Shown: positions 39,624-50,200 of the stretch, in pieces
How positions within the stretch are numbered: position 1 is the first letter of the stretch
How the letters are laid out: each line of letters starts with the position of its first letter
From: a virus
Taxonomy: Duplodnaviria > Heunggongvirae > Uroviricota > Caudoviricetes
Length of the DNA stretch: 64,000 nucleotides
Reading direction: 5' to 3' (one strand)
IMG/VR virus record: IMGVR_UViG_3300020429_000539
Span: 424,052-488,051 of that record
Program-made: the position numbers and the translations under genes
The notes under the pieces: model-generated
Seen by the model: the letters and a program-made list of their open reading frames with translations, nothing else
What the model was told of the DNA's origin: nothing
Database searches by the model: none

Positions 39624-40541
39624 ATGAAGATTTTATTGACAGGTGGATGCGGTTTCATAGGTACAAATATAGCTCTTCGTTGCTTGGACGAGGGCTGGGA
39701 TGTGTGCAATGTCGATTGGGACATGAATCAGATCAAACGTGCCAATGAAGTTCTGCCGACCTATAAAGTCTGTGCCGATTTCGCAAGCGATAAAATACTG
39801 AAGAGAGTAAGAGATCAAGAATTCGATGTTATCTTGCATCAAGCAGCCGTACCACGAGTCTCATATTCAGTCGAACATCCAGCCGAAACCAATGACGTTA
39901 ATGTAACCAAGACTGTTCAGCTATTAGAAGCGGCGGCAGGAAACTGTCGTCGTTTCGTTTTTGCTTCATCGTCTTCTATATACGGTGGAACAGAGAATTT
40001 ACCCACACCCGAGACAGAGCCGCTAAATCCTCAGTCTCCGTATGCCTTGCAGAAGCGAGTAGGCGAAGATTATATCCGAATGATGTGCGAGTTTTATGAT
40101 TTGGACGCCATTTGTCTCAGATACTTTAACGTGTTTGGGCCTCATCAGTTTGCGGATAATGCATATGCAACCGTGGTTTCTGCCTGGTGTGGCGCAGTAT
40201 CCCGTGGCGACCCTTTGAGGCTCGATGGGACGGGCGAGCAAAGCCGCGATATGTGCCATGTTCAGAACGTGGTCAACGCTAATATCCTCGCTGCGACTTC
40301 GGACAAGAAGTTCAAGGGCGAGGCCTGTAATATCGCTTGTAATGACAGGGTTTCTTTGCTTGAGATTCTTGATGTCTTCAAGAAGCGATGGAACGTGGAA
40401 ATAACTCATGCCCCTCCTCGCGCAGGAGACATTATGCATACTCGTGCTGATGTTTCTTATGCGAAGGAACTTATTGGCTATGAACCTGAAGTTCAGTTTT
40501 GGGATGGACTAGAATCTACGTTCGATTGGTGGGGTATCTGA
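39624..40541 (+). CDS. NAD-dependent nucleotide-sugar epimerase (WbpP-like SDR)
   Basis: TGGCGFIG, ASSSSIYG, SPYALQK, LRYFNVFGP. Confidence 0.92.
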   Translation: MKILLTGGCGFIGTNIALRCLDEGWDVCNVDWDMNQIKRANEVLPTYKVCADFASDKILKRVRDQEFDVILHQAAVPRVSYSVEHPAETNDVNVTKTVQLLEAAAGNCRRFVFASSSSIYGGTENLPTPETEPLNPQSPYALQKRVGEDYIRMMCEFYDLDAICLRYFNVFGPHQFADNAYATVVSAWCGAVSRGDPLRLDGTGEQSRDMCHVQNVVNANILAATSDKKFKGEACNIACNDRVSLLEILDVFKKRWNVEITHAPPRAGDIMHTRADVSYAKELIGYEPEVQFWDGLESTFDWWGI

Positions 40542-41368
40542 AAAACCGTTTGACCGTGAACATATTCCCAGTCTTCGAATCGGTGGATTTGTTGCTCATC
40601 AACAAACGTTCGCACGATTAGATATCGCACAGGGCAATCGCCCCAGCGATAGTCATAAAATCCATCCGTATCATCAAGATATTTGAATAGGCTCTGATAT
40701 TCTTCTGACCTCGCAAAATCAAGACTAATGAAGTCGATGTTGGTGTAGTAAGTTATAGGGCACTGAGGCCATTGACCGTAAGATTGCGGTATGCAATAGT
40801 CATATGGCTTAGTCTTTTCTCCATATATGTTTTTAGGCTCTACATTATACTCAGTCAGATAGTTTTGCAGTGTGTGGTAGAGATTGTGGATAAGAGCAGG
40901 GTCGTCATAAGACAGGGCCCGATAGCCATAGAGCTTGTTGTTTCTTGACATATATTGAAACGGGTCTTCGCCAACGTCCGAGGCAATAAAAGCATCTGTA
41001 TCAATAATGCAGAGCCAGTCATACTTTGCTAGTACAGGTTCGGTGTAGCACAAGCCTGATTTCCAGCGATAGGCTGAACAATCATTGATATCCCATGTTC
41101 TAAGTCCACAAGGAGAGACAGTATCGCAGAACTCATTTGCTTTCTGTTTCTTGACCATGTTTGTAGAAACAAACCTGATATCAGTTTCAGGTATTTCTTG
41201 TGATATTTTGTGTTTGATACCTTGTTCTAACTCTGCATGATGAAAAATGAAAACAGGATAAGGATAGAAGCTTAGCCAGTGCTTCTTCATCTTCTTGAGG
41301 CTATGTATGAGCCAATCTGTTCTTTCTTCATCCTTGAAGAATGGGTATGCGATAGCGCCTTTTTGCAT
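40493..41368 (-). CDS. GT15 (Kre2/Mnt1-like) glycosyltransferase
   Basis: YPYPVFIFH, YDWLCIIDTD, DPFQYM, YYTNID, GFYDYRWGDCPVR. Confidence 0.8.
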   Translation of the reverse strand: MQKGAIAYPFFKDEERTDWLIHSLKKMKKHWLSFYPYPVFIFHHAELEQGIKHKISQEIPETDIRFVSTNMVKKQKANEFCDTVSPCGLRTWDINDCSAYRWKSGLCYTEPVLAKYDWLCIIDTDAFIASDVGEDPFQYMSRNNKLYGYRALSYDDPALIHNLYHTLQNYLTEYNVEPKNIYGEKTKPYDYCIPQSYGQWPQCPITYYTNIDFISLDFARSEEYQSLFKYLDDTDGFYDYRWGDCPVRYLIVRTFVDEQQIHRFEDWEYVHGQTVFQIPHQSNVDSSPSQN

Positions 41369-41617
41369 TTACTTATTTTCGGCACATAGCTCGATATTTT
41401 TGACTATCTGTACGCGACAAGCGTTACGAACATAGTAAACTAGGTCCGTAACGCTCTTGAATACAAGGCCTTCTTCTTTATAGCCAGCGGTCGGTTTTCT
41501 GACCAAGACTCTTGGCTTCCAGTTATTTAGCTTGCAAGAGCTAAATATTTGGCTATCTTTTGAGAACACACAGCAAAGATGTTCTGTATCAAACGAGAGT
41601 AATGTTACTTGACACAT
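41369..41617 (-). CDS. Hypothetical protein
   Basis: AGGAG RBS before MCQVT; abuts GT15 start. Confidence 0.45.
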   Translation of the reverse strand: MCQVTLLSFDTEHLCCVFSKDSQIFSSCKLNNWKPRVLVRKPTAGYKEEGLVFKSVTDLVYYVRNACRVQIVKNIELCAENK

Positions 41618-41646
41618 GGTTACTCCTAGTTGAGATACCATGAGTT

Positions 41647-41850
41647 CTAGTTGCTTTCTGCCTCATCCTTCTTGGACTCGATAGTTTTGTTGCATTCGCA
41701 TTTGCGGCAGCAGTTATCTGGTTGTCGCTGTTGCTGTTTTTTGTCGATTTCGCGAGTTATCCACCAACTCTGGAAGAACATGCGCACTATGTCCCACAAT
41801 ATTACTACTGCTCCCATGACCAGCGCTGATAAGATAGTTTCCATAATCAA
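41647..41850 (-). CDS. Small membrane protein
   Basis: N-terminal hydrophobic helix, Cys-rich tail, GAGGGG RBS. Confidence 0.5.
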   Translation of the reverse strand: MIMETILSALVMGAVVILWDIVRMFFQSWWITREIDKKQQQRQPDNCCRKCECNKTIESKKDEAESN

Positions 41851-42038
41851 TACCCCTCACACCGTCATCAAGCAGCGATGCAAGCAAAAAGTTACGCAAC
41901 AGTGTCTTCCACGTATATCTACTAGGGCCGTCTTCGTCGTCCATTTTACCCTGAATCTCCTAAAAGGGCGATTGGTGGCATATTAACTTTCGATGTTTCT
42001 TGACTATTTCCTTTACGGTAAAAATACGAAAAAGGAGT

Positions 42039-42683
42039 ATGAGCTATTCCATAATTATTGGTATTGACCCAGGTATCAGCGGAGCCGTTGCTATCTTTGA
42101 GGGCATAACTTCTCCAAAAGTCTTGCTTTTCGATACTCCGACTTGGACAGAGAGCAAGGTCAAGAAGAAGAAAAAATCGTATATAAAGCATTACGACAAA
42201 GCGGCAATGGCCGATTTGCTTCGTCCGTATGCAGGAAAAGATGTAGTTGTCTGCATGGAAAAAGTAGGAGCAATGACTGGTCAAGGTGTTACTAGCATGT
42301 TCAGCTTTGGCCGTGGAGTAGGCCTCTGGGAGGGCGTGATAGCCGGTCTAGGGTTTGACTATGAAGAAGTCTCTCCTTCTGTGTGGAAGAAGGAGTATGG
42401 AGATAGGTTGATTCAAAAGCGGATTCCGAAGCCCGATGAAGCAAAGCTTACGAGAGCAGAACTCGCAAAAATGGACGAGAAAAAGCGCGAAGCAGCCAAG
42501 GATATCAAGAGAGAATATGAGGCTGAAAAGCGAAGAGGAAAGCAATCTGCAAAGGATACTGCCAGGGAATTAGCAATGGAACTATATCCAGAAGTCAAAG
42601 ACGATTTGTCTAAGAAAAGGGATTCCGACCGAGCAGAAGCACTTCTTATTGCAGAAAGAAAACGGAGAGAATTAGATGCCTAG
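42039..42683 (+). CDS. Phage-type RuvC-like Holliday junction resolvase
   Basis: IGIDPGISGAVA, MEKV, QGVTSMFSFG, PSVWK, DRAEALLIA; AAGGAG RBS. Confidence 0.88.
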   Translation: MSYSIIIGIDPGISGAVAIFEGITSPKVLLFDTPTWTESKVKKKKKSYIKHYDKAAMADLLRPYAGKDVVVCMEKVGAMTGQGVTSMFSFGRGVGLWEGVIAGLGFDYEEVSPSVWKKEYGDRLIQKRIPKPDEAKLTRAELAKMDEKKREAAKDIKREYEAEKRRGKQSAKDTARELAMELYPEVKDDLSKKRDSDRAEALLIAERKRRELDA

Positions 42684-43413
42684 AGACAACGATAAGGAAG
42701 ATATGAGGAACATTCGCCAAGAAGTCCATAATGCAACGCATATGGATGGCATGCTTGAGCAACTAGCCGGCGCTCTCGCTAATGGCTCTTCTATCCAAAG
42801 CACGCCGTCTACTCGCAAGACAGCCTCAAGTCTTGGAGGGGGCGTCCCAGAGCCGGAGCCTGAGCATATGGATTTATCTGCGCTGGCGGATAGTATGCCG
42901 ACTGCTCAATCATCTCAAGGCGACCAGCAATACCGAGTTGGCAAAAGCGGCAACCTAACAATTGCAAGCCCGTTTGCAAAACAGGCTTCTCGGTCTTCAC
43001 AAAACACAACTCCTGATTTCGGCGACCTCAATGGCGTCATCTATTCGATACTTTCATTCCCTTTCTCTGAGAATAGAGATAAAGAAATAGCTCGTATGCA
43101 ACAGGCTATTGATAAGCAAGCTAACAGTGTTCGTGCGACTCGTATTATGAGCAATACACAGAAGATTGTTAAAAATGCGAGTAGTTTCTATGCCGTTGAC
43201 GGCGGCGGCGTTCGTATGGAGTTTACGATTCTGGGACAAAAGTATTCAATGCGAGCCAGAGGGCCTTTTATGGGCAACGAGGCTCTGTATCCCACAGTTG
43301 AAGGAGATAAGGTAGTAGGTCTTGTTACTCGTGAAGAAGATGGACAGCTTATTAACGTTACAAGTAGTTTTGAGATTTCAATTAGCGAGGGCTGGAAGAC
43401 CGCTAGCAAATGA
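42676..43413 (+). CDS. Hypothetical protein
   Basis: GGAG RBS, overlaps neighbours. Confidence 0.65.
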   Translation: MPRDNDKEDMRNIRQEVHNATHMDGMLEQLAGALANGSSIQSTPSTRKTASSLGGGVPEPEPEHMDLSALADSMPTAQSSQGDQQYRVGKSGNLTIASPFAKQASRSSQNTTPDFGDLNGVIYSILSFPFSENRDKEIARMQQAIDKQANSVRATRIMSNTQKIVKNASSFYAVDGGGVRMEFTILGQKYSMRARGPFMGNEALYPTVEGDKVVGLVTREEDGQLINVTSSFEISISEGWKTASK

Positions 43414-43769
43414 ACTGGTATAAACAAGCACAAAGCGTTAATGACCTAAATGAGCGAACGAGACTCAATATGCAGATTCGTAAGCTTGAGTCTATCGCAG
43501 TGAAACTGAACTATGCAGCGAAGCTTGTTTATCAGACACAGCGAGGAGCGCGTGAGCTAATCGCTCCGTTGACATCGCATAAAACCCTTTCTTCTTATCC
43601 GATTGTCTTGGATGCTTTAGCCGAGGCTGATTCCGCCGCTATGGATTCTCCGCAGAGATTCGCTGATGCTTGCTTCGCAAGTATTGAAGAAATCAGCCAC
43701 CGCATCGTCAAGCTCAAGAAGCAGCGACGTGCGCTGATGCATCCAAACAACTCCAATAAGGGTTTGTAG
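43410..43769 (+). CDS. Hypothetical protein with MNWYKQAQ N-terminal motif
   Basis: ATGA overlap; motif shared with 58263 and 58727. Confidence 0.7.
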   Translation: MNWYKQAQSVNDLNERTRLNMQIRKLESIAVKLNYAAKLVYQTQRGARELIAPLTSHKTLSSYPIVLDALAEADSAAMDSPQRFADACFASIEEISHRIVKLKKQRRALMHPNNSNKGL

Positions 43770-43777
43770 GAGTATAT

Positions 43778-44422
43778 ATGAGTAAAGAGATTCAGAAAAA
43801 AGAAGAAGTGAATAGCGTCGAACCACTGGTAAAGTATGTCGATAACCTATCGGGTAAGCCTGTTCATAATGCACGTTGTAAACTTTGCAACTCAGAATTT
43901 CGCGATGAAGCCGAAGAACTATGGGAAAGAATGGGCAATCTCAACGCTGTCCATAAGTTTCTCACTTCTAAAGGAGAAGATATCCACAAGAGTTCGGTGC
44001 GCAACCACTTGATGAACCACTTTGCTCAGCCCTTTCGTGAGGAAAGGCTCAGAGAGTATGCTGAAGATGTGAAGGCCTGGTCCGAAATGGAGCAGTCCAA
44101 AGAAGAAAGACTTGAATCCTACTTGGTATTGATTGATAGACAGATACATAAGCTCAACTCCATGACAGATGAAAACAGCACCGATGCAATGAGGAAAACC
44201 TCTGATATTGTTGTTAAGCTCATGGAAGAGGCTGCTAAGATTGAAGATAGACTTGAGAAACATAGGCAGCGAATGGAGCCTATACAAATCTTTGTCCAGA
44301 AGTTCCGTGATACGATGATGATCCATCTTGAGAAAATGGACTCAGAAGAAGGTCGCGTAGCGCTGGTAGAGATTCTTGATACTGTTGAAAAAGAAGCATC
44401 GGAGATTGTTGTCGATGGATAA
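43778..44422 (+). CDS. Zinc-finger/HTH plus coiled-coil protein
   Basis: CKLC...VRNHLMNH; AGGAG RBS. Confidence 0.65.
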   Translation: MSKEIQKKEEVNSVEPLVKYVDNLSGKPVHNARCKLCNSEFRDEAEELWERMGNLNAVHKFLTSKGEDIHKSSVRNHLMNHFAQPFREERLREYAEDVKAWSEMEQSKEERLESYLVLIDRQIHKLNSMTDENSTDAMRKTSDIVVKLMEEAAKIEDRLEKHRQRMEPIQIFVQKFRDTMMIHLEKMDSEEGRVALVEILDTVEKEASEIVVDG

Positions 44423-44567
44423 CTACAAGTCAGATAAAGAGCGACTCATGTCAAAGCTTGGGCAGAAGCAGCGTCAAAGCCAGATTCGCAGAGGCATGAA
44501 AACAAATACGAATGGTGTTCAGCCAAAAAAGAAAGGCTGCGGTTGTAAGCGTAAAAAGGGAAAGTAA
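44415..44567 (+). CDS. Small basic protein ending KKKGCGCKRKKGK
   Basis: GGAG RBS; fills the gap before GTG 44569. Confidence 0.55.
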   Translation: MDNYKSDKERLMSKLGQKQRQSQIRRGMKTNTNGVQPKKKGCGCKRKKGK

Positions 44568-44568
44568 G

Positions 44569-47235
44569 GTGGAAGACTTAAACCTCATAAGCGATTTCAG
44601 GCTTATATTCCGTTCATGTGGCAACTACTCCGATGACCAAATCCGCCAAGTTCTGCGAGGTTTAGTCAATGTTCGCCAGATGGACGAATACTTGTCTTCT
44701 GCGCCTAGACATTTACTACAGTCTATCAATGCTGGCCGCGAGTTCAATGGTAAATGCGTATACGCTTGCGATGTCATTCAGCTTCGCGAGATACTGTCTG
44801 AGCAACACATTACGTCTCAGAAACCTGTTGTTCTGTTTTCGCCACAGACGACCAAGAACGTGATTGATGGTTATAACTGCTTGGTTTTGCTTCGATGCGA
44901 AGCTGAAGACCTTGACTGCGAACATCTCAAGGCTGGTGGTATGATCGTGTGCGATACACATAGTCTTGATATTACTGGCAAAATTGCTGGCGTTATCCTT
45001 CAAAAAGGCGCTCCGTATAAGGTCGTCCAAAAGATAGTTTCTGAAACAATTCCCGAGTGTCCGGTCTATGGTAAGGCCTTGATTCCCGGAGTAGACCAAA
45101 CGAAGGTCGCCAGCACAAACAAAAAGCGTAGATTTCAGATAACGTTGCCTGCTCTGCGTATTGTAGAAGAGGTCATGGCAAGCAACGACTATGAAGCCGT
45201 AAAGAAGGCTTTGGCTATTCGATGGGACCGCCATCCTGATAGCCGTACTCAGCGCAAGCCCGCCAGATACTCTGCGGATTACTGGCTTTACTCGGGCTTC
45301 TGGGATTATATTGTCAAAGAGTCGTCGAGCGACATGAATATCAAGACAGCACAGGCCAATGTCCCGACTCTAAATCTAACAACGGATGAGCAGAAGGTCT
45401 TTCAGACTATTCTCGCTATTGATGCGGAGTTTGGCCTAGGCCAACAGTATCGAGTAGCTGGTGGCTGGGTACGCGACCGTATTCTTGGAACCGAAAGCGA
45501 CGATATCGACATTGCTCTAGACCAAATGACGGGACAAGAGTTTCGTAAGTATGTAGAACAATACGCCGCGAGGCACCCCGAAGCTGAAATAGGCAAGAGC
45601 TATGTTGTAGATCAGAATCCTGATGCCTCGAAGCATCTTGAAACAACAGCAATACAGATTGGACCATTCAAGATTGATTTCGTTAACTTGCGTACTGAAG
45701 ATTACGCTTCAGATTCTCGCATACCAAATATGAGGCCAGGCACACCAGAGGAAGATGCCTCTCGTCGTGACCTTACTATCAATGCGCTGTTTTACAATAT
45801 CGGAACAGGACAAATAGAGGACTACGTTGGTGGTCTTGAGGATATTCAGACGCTCACGCTTCGAACCCCGCTTGATTCAAAGCAGACTTTCGAAGATGAC
45901 CCTTTGCGTATTCTCCGAGTGCTTCGCTTCCATAGTCGTTACGAAGGCTCTCAGATTGCTCCTGAGACTCTAGAAGGCATGGCCCATCCTGACGTTCATG
46001 AGGCTTACCGTAAGAAGGTGTCGCCTGAGCGTGCAGGCCCCGAAATCATGAAACTCTTCTCCGGTGCGACACCCGAGGAGTCGTTGCGAGTTCTTTATGA
46101 CACGGGAATGGATGCTGCTTTATTGAACTTGCCTGATTTTACAAACCTGCAAGGCTCGGACATGGATCAGCGCAACCCGAATCATCAACTCAACTGGCGT
46201 GACCATACGCTCAAGGTTGTTAAGAACCTCAATGATATTCTAGCACAGAACGGCGTGGACGGCAAAAGGCGTTCGCTTGCTTTGATGGGCGCATGGTTTC
46301 ATGACTTTGGCAAGCTTCATCCCGAAATTGCTCGCCCGAAAGACGACAATCCTGACCACATGACCTACCACGGTCATGAGGATGTCTCAGCGGACCTCTC
46401 AGAGGTTTTCCTGAAAAGCATCGGCATCGGCAAGGATGATAGAGAGATTGTTAATACGATTGTACGAGAGCATATGACTCCTCACAACTACGGTAAGGAG
46501 TGGAACAAGCGTCAGATGGGTAAGTTCCGCTCGAAGACGACAATTCCGGGTCAAGAGGACGACCAAGAGCTTTGGAAGATTGTCATGTGGCATGCTCATG
46601 CCGATGCTGCTGCCAAGTCCGAAGAGTCTCAAGTAGCTGATTATCCTGAGTATCAGGAACGCTTCGATGCGATGAATGAATACATGAATGCTCCACCACC
46701 AGTAAAACCACTCGTGGACGGAAGGACATTGATGCAACTTTTCCCAACATTAAGTCCTAAGTCAGGCTTCATTCGTTTTATACACGAAAAGCTTCTCGAC
46801 GAGCAAGGCGCAGGAAATGTTACAGACATGGCGAGCGCTCAATCATTTGTAGAATCTCTTAGACCAGAGGTTGAATCCACTTTTGGTCAACCTCGAACGG
46901 AGTCATCCATGTCAAACTGGTATAGAAGAAACATTAAGGCAGACGCAAGCTCGGGCGCTGGTCCCGAGGGTTATAATGCCGGTCCCGAATCAGACACAGC
47001 CATGGACCGTCATCGTGACCAGAAAAAGATGCTGCGTTACGAACCTGGAGAAAACAGTCGCTTCCGAACGGGTGATAAAGTTCGCCGTCGTCAGAGTGGA
47101 TTGGCTATGCCTCAGATAGCAGGCAAGGTCGTTAAAAAGCAGGACGGCATGCTTCATGTTAAATGGGAAGACGGCAAAACAGAAAAGTTCGATATGAATG
47201 ATGTCGAACTGCCGTTGTTGGTTGAAAGAGTCTAA
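44569..47235 (+). CDS. Class II CCA-adding tRNA nucleotidyltransferase with HD domain and N-/C-terminal extensions
   Basis: VAGGWVRD, DDIDIA, RRDLTINAL, EDDPLR, HTLKV...FHDFGK...HGHE; start moved to GTG 44569. Confidence 0.9.
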   Translation: MEDLNLISDFRLIFRSCGNYSDDQIRQVLRGLVNVRQMDEYLSSAPRHLLQSINAGREFNGKCVYACDVIQLREILSEQHITSQKPVVLFSPQTTKNVIDGYNCLVLLRCEAEDLDCEHLKAGGMIVCDTHSLDITGKIAGVILQKGAPYKVVQKIVSETIPECPVYGKALIPGVDQTKVASTNKKRRFQITLPALRIVEEVMASNDYEAVKKALAIRWDRHPDSRTQRKPARYSADYWLYSGFWDYIVKESSSDMNIKTAQANVPTLNLTTDEQKVFQTILAIDAEFGLGQQYRVAGGWVRDRILGTESDDIDIALDQMTGQEFRKYVEQYAARHPEAEIGKSYVVDQNPDASKHLETTAIQIGPFKIDFVNLRTEDYASDSRIPNMRPGTPEEDASRRDLTINALFYNIGTGQIEDYVGGLEDIQTLTLRTPLDSKQTFEDDPLRILRVLRFHSRYEGSQIAPETLEGMAHPDVHEAYRKKVSPERAGPEIMKLFSGATPEESLRVLYDTGMDAALLNLPDFTNLQGSDMDQRNPNHQLNWRDHTLKVVKNLNDILAQNGVDGKRRSLALMGAWFHDFGKLHPEIARPKDDNPDHMTYHGHEDVSADLSEVFLKSIGIGKDDREIVNTIVREHMTPHNYGKEWNKRQMGKFRSKTTIPGQEDDQELWKIVMWHAHADAAAKSEESQVADYPEYQERFDAMNEYMNAPPPVKPLVDGRTLMQLFPTLSPKSGFIRFIHEKLLDEQGAGNVTDMASAQSFVESLRPEVESTFGQPRTESSMSNWYRRNIKADASSGAGPEGYNAGPESDTAMDRHRDQKKMLRYEPGENSRFRTGDKVRRRQSGLAMPQIAGKVVKKQDGMLHVKWEDGKTEKFDMNDVELPLLVERV

Positions 47236-47239
47236 CTGA

Positions 47240-50200
47240 ATGCCCGCATCTGAGATAGAACAACTAACTTTTCAGGAGTTTCGGTTCGCAGGCGATACTC
47301 AGCCGTTCTTTACGGGCGACGCCGAAACGCTTATCGAGTCTCCATGGGAAACTCTTGTAGACTTACCTGCTACTCCTCCCATAACCGAGCGAGTTACGGT
47401 CGAGATTACAGCTATCAGTTCTGAGGTTGTCAGTAATCAGGTCACATATGGCGGTAACTATAAGCCAGTCATCGAGGATATTGATGTCTCTGGTGATGAC
47501 CTTACCGATGTCCAGGTTTCTACCATTGTTTCATCTTTGTCCGTAACTCCTGGCGCAAAGAACGAGACAGACGTTTTTGATTTTCAAATCACTCCTATCG
47601 CAGCGATAGGCGCTCAGCGATTTACTGTTACAGTTCCTTATCAAGAGCAGGAGATTGATTATCCTGATAATACCATAGAGATTCCTTTTATCCGCGCATA
47701 TGAGGGGGCTAGCCCGCCTTCGGGGGATAACTGGATTGCTATAGCCAATGGAATCTTTGCGGCAAAAGCCGGAACTGTGTCTGAGGATATTCCTGTTCTT
47801 AGTCTTGAAAATATAGTAAATCCGGGCGAAAGAACAGTTGCGGAACTTCGTGCGGGTAAAGCAGGCGATTTGTTTACTATTCGCTATGCTGAAGATGTTG
47901 TAGGTCGAGTTGTGTTTTCAGCAGCTTATTCTCCGCCTGTCGAGCCGTTTATCAATGAAGCAGGCAAAAGACTAGGGCCTTATGCCCGATACAGCGTAAA
48001 TGTTACTCCGACTGCAACAACTGTTGTTCATTCTTTAGGTTTTGGCATTGTCCTAAACCCTGGCGGTCTTGAAGAGTTCGATACCTTTGAAAGCGATGCA
48101 TATTTACTAAGCATAAAGAGTGGAGCCGGTTTTGAGTTGACGGCTGCAACAGGTAGCACAAATCGAGACTTTTGGCGATGGACAGTGAATGATGATTTTC
48201 CAAAGTACACCAGAGATGCTATTGCTGTCACAAACAACTATTCGAAGAATCTAATAGTTGAATTTAGGAATGTTTCAGATGAAATAACTTGTCGTATTCA
48301 AGGAGAGGATAGCAACGGCGCATTTCGCGTGTTAGACGTTGTTATTACGGATTTGACCATTGATGAGTCTGTAGCCGAAATTATAGATCAGTTACCATCG
48401 AGGCCTGGTTGGGCAAACGCTCTTTCTTTTAGTTATGATTCTGTATTTGGTGGCTGTCGTTCATCTACATTTGAAAATGAAGTCAACTGCACGTTCTGTA
48501 GTCCTGAAAAAGTTATATCTGCCGGAACAACGGTTAATTTTCTTGTGTATATGCCAACTATACCTGGAGCTAGCGGTCTTAGTGTTACATTCAATTATAG
48601 CGATGGAATACCAACTCTTGAAGAGATTGCAGATGTATATAACCTATTCAGAGACCAGCACGATTTATGGCTTCCTATGGAGCCGGTTTACGATATTAAT
48701 ATGCCGGATTCATGGAAAACCTCTAATCTAACTCCTTTGGCTTTGAGAGGGCCTTCTCAGACAAGATTTTGGGATAATCAGGATAGTGTTGAAACTCAAG
48801 GCTATTGGCTTGGTGGCAATGCCTATTTTAATGCTAGTTTTTCTCCTGCTCTTGGTAATACGTTTACCCATTCAAATTATGCAACAATAGGCGAACTTGT
48901 AACTGCATTCAATAACATATATGGTTCCGATAGCTTCTTTGCATCATCGGGTCTATTCTATGATTTTCTGCCGATGTCGTATTACATTCCTAATACGACT
49001 ATTTTCGAGGAGTTTAACTCCCTATTCTCCAGTCCGGCTGATGCAATATATAGGGCCGTGTCAGGCATCGATGGCAGAGATGATACTCCGATTGCTAATA
49101 ATACCAATTATTCTGTTTCTGACTATGCAACTATTGATGATTTTGTTGCGCAGATAAATACGGATTATAGTAGCATCATTGATGCTTCGGTTCCCACTTC
49201 TGGTAATGGGAATGCTTCGCCTACCACTATAAACTCGCAAGCCGACCAAGATTTCTTGAACTTTGGCGACTCAGTTACACTCTTTACAACAGAGGTTACA
49301 AATGATGTTAGAACACTAACGCTGTCAGCCTTCTTGACTCTTGAAGATTTTGTAGACCGCCTAAACTCTGAGTGGAACGCAAAGGACATCTTCTATGAGA
49401 TTCATCCAGATGCTATTGACCGTATCGACGCGGTTCCAACCGCTTTGCTTACTACTAATGGGCAGATTAGTCTTAATGGGACTGACAGCGTTGACGCTGC
49501 TATCCTATTGGGAGAAGTCAACGAAGTTAATCCGCCAGTTCCTCCGCGAGAAGACGTAAGTATCGAGTTCAACGTCCGCTTTGCCGACGATGGCAACCCG
49601 AACTCTGAAACTGGCATTCAGGTTGCGCTTGGTGGATACACTATTGATGGCATCAACTTTTTCAATAGCGCTCCTAATACGTTCTTTGAGCCGGTATTCA
49701 ACACGATTTTTGATATTGAGTTTACTACAATAGAAGCTGATACGATTTGGCTACTCGTCCGAACGCGCGAAAATGTTGATGGAACGGTTTACTCTTCGGA
49801 TGTGGATAACTATACAGCGACAGCACGTTATAGCAATGGTTTCCCAACACAAACGCCAGGAGTATTCCAAACAACCGATTCTGCGTTTGTTGATGTTTGG
49901 GGAGAAGACTCGCTCGGCGGAGAGATGCCTGTAGCTATTCCTGTCAAAGGACAATCTACCCGTATAGATGTTGACATCACCGAAACGAATATTCTCGATT
50001 CGCTCAACGTTACTCTATTCAATATACCTTCTTCTCTTAATGAGTTTGCATTCTTGGCCCGTAACAGGACCAATGATAATCAATCCATGGAAGAATCTCA
50101 GACGGGTCGAGTATTCGGTCTTGTTCTTGACAATCGAGGCGCTTGGGACGTTTTAATTGGCCCCGAAGCAACTATTCGAGAGATAGCAGACGGCGAGTTT

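Noticed and set aside
41714-41944. 76-aa minus-strand ORF
   Set aside because: Overlaps the better-supported membrane ORF 41647-41850 by 137 nt in another frame; unresolved.
43778-44422. Terminase small subunit
   Set aside because: Architecture is compatible, but there is no adjacent large subunit or diagnostic motif.
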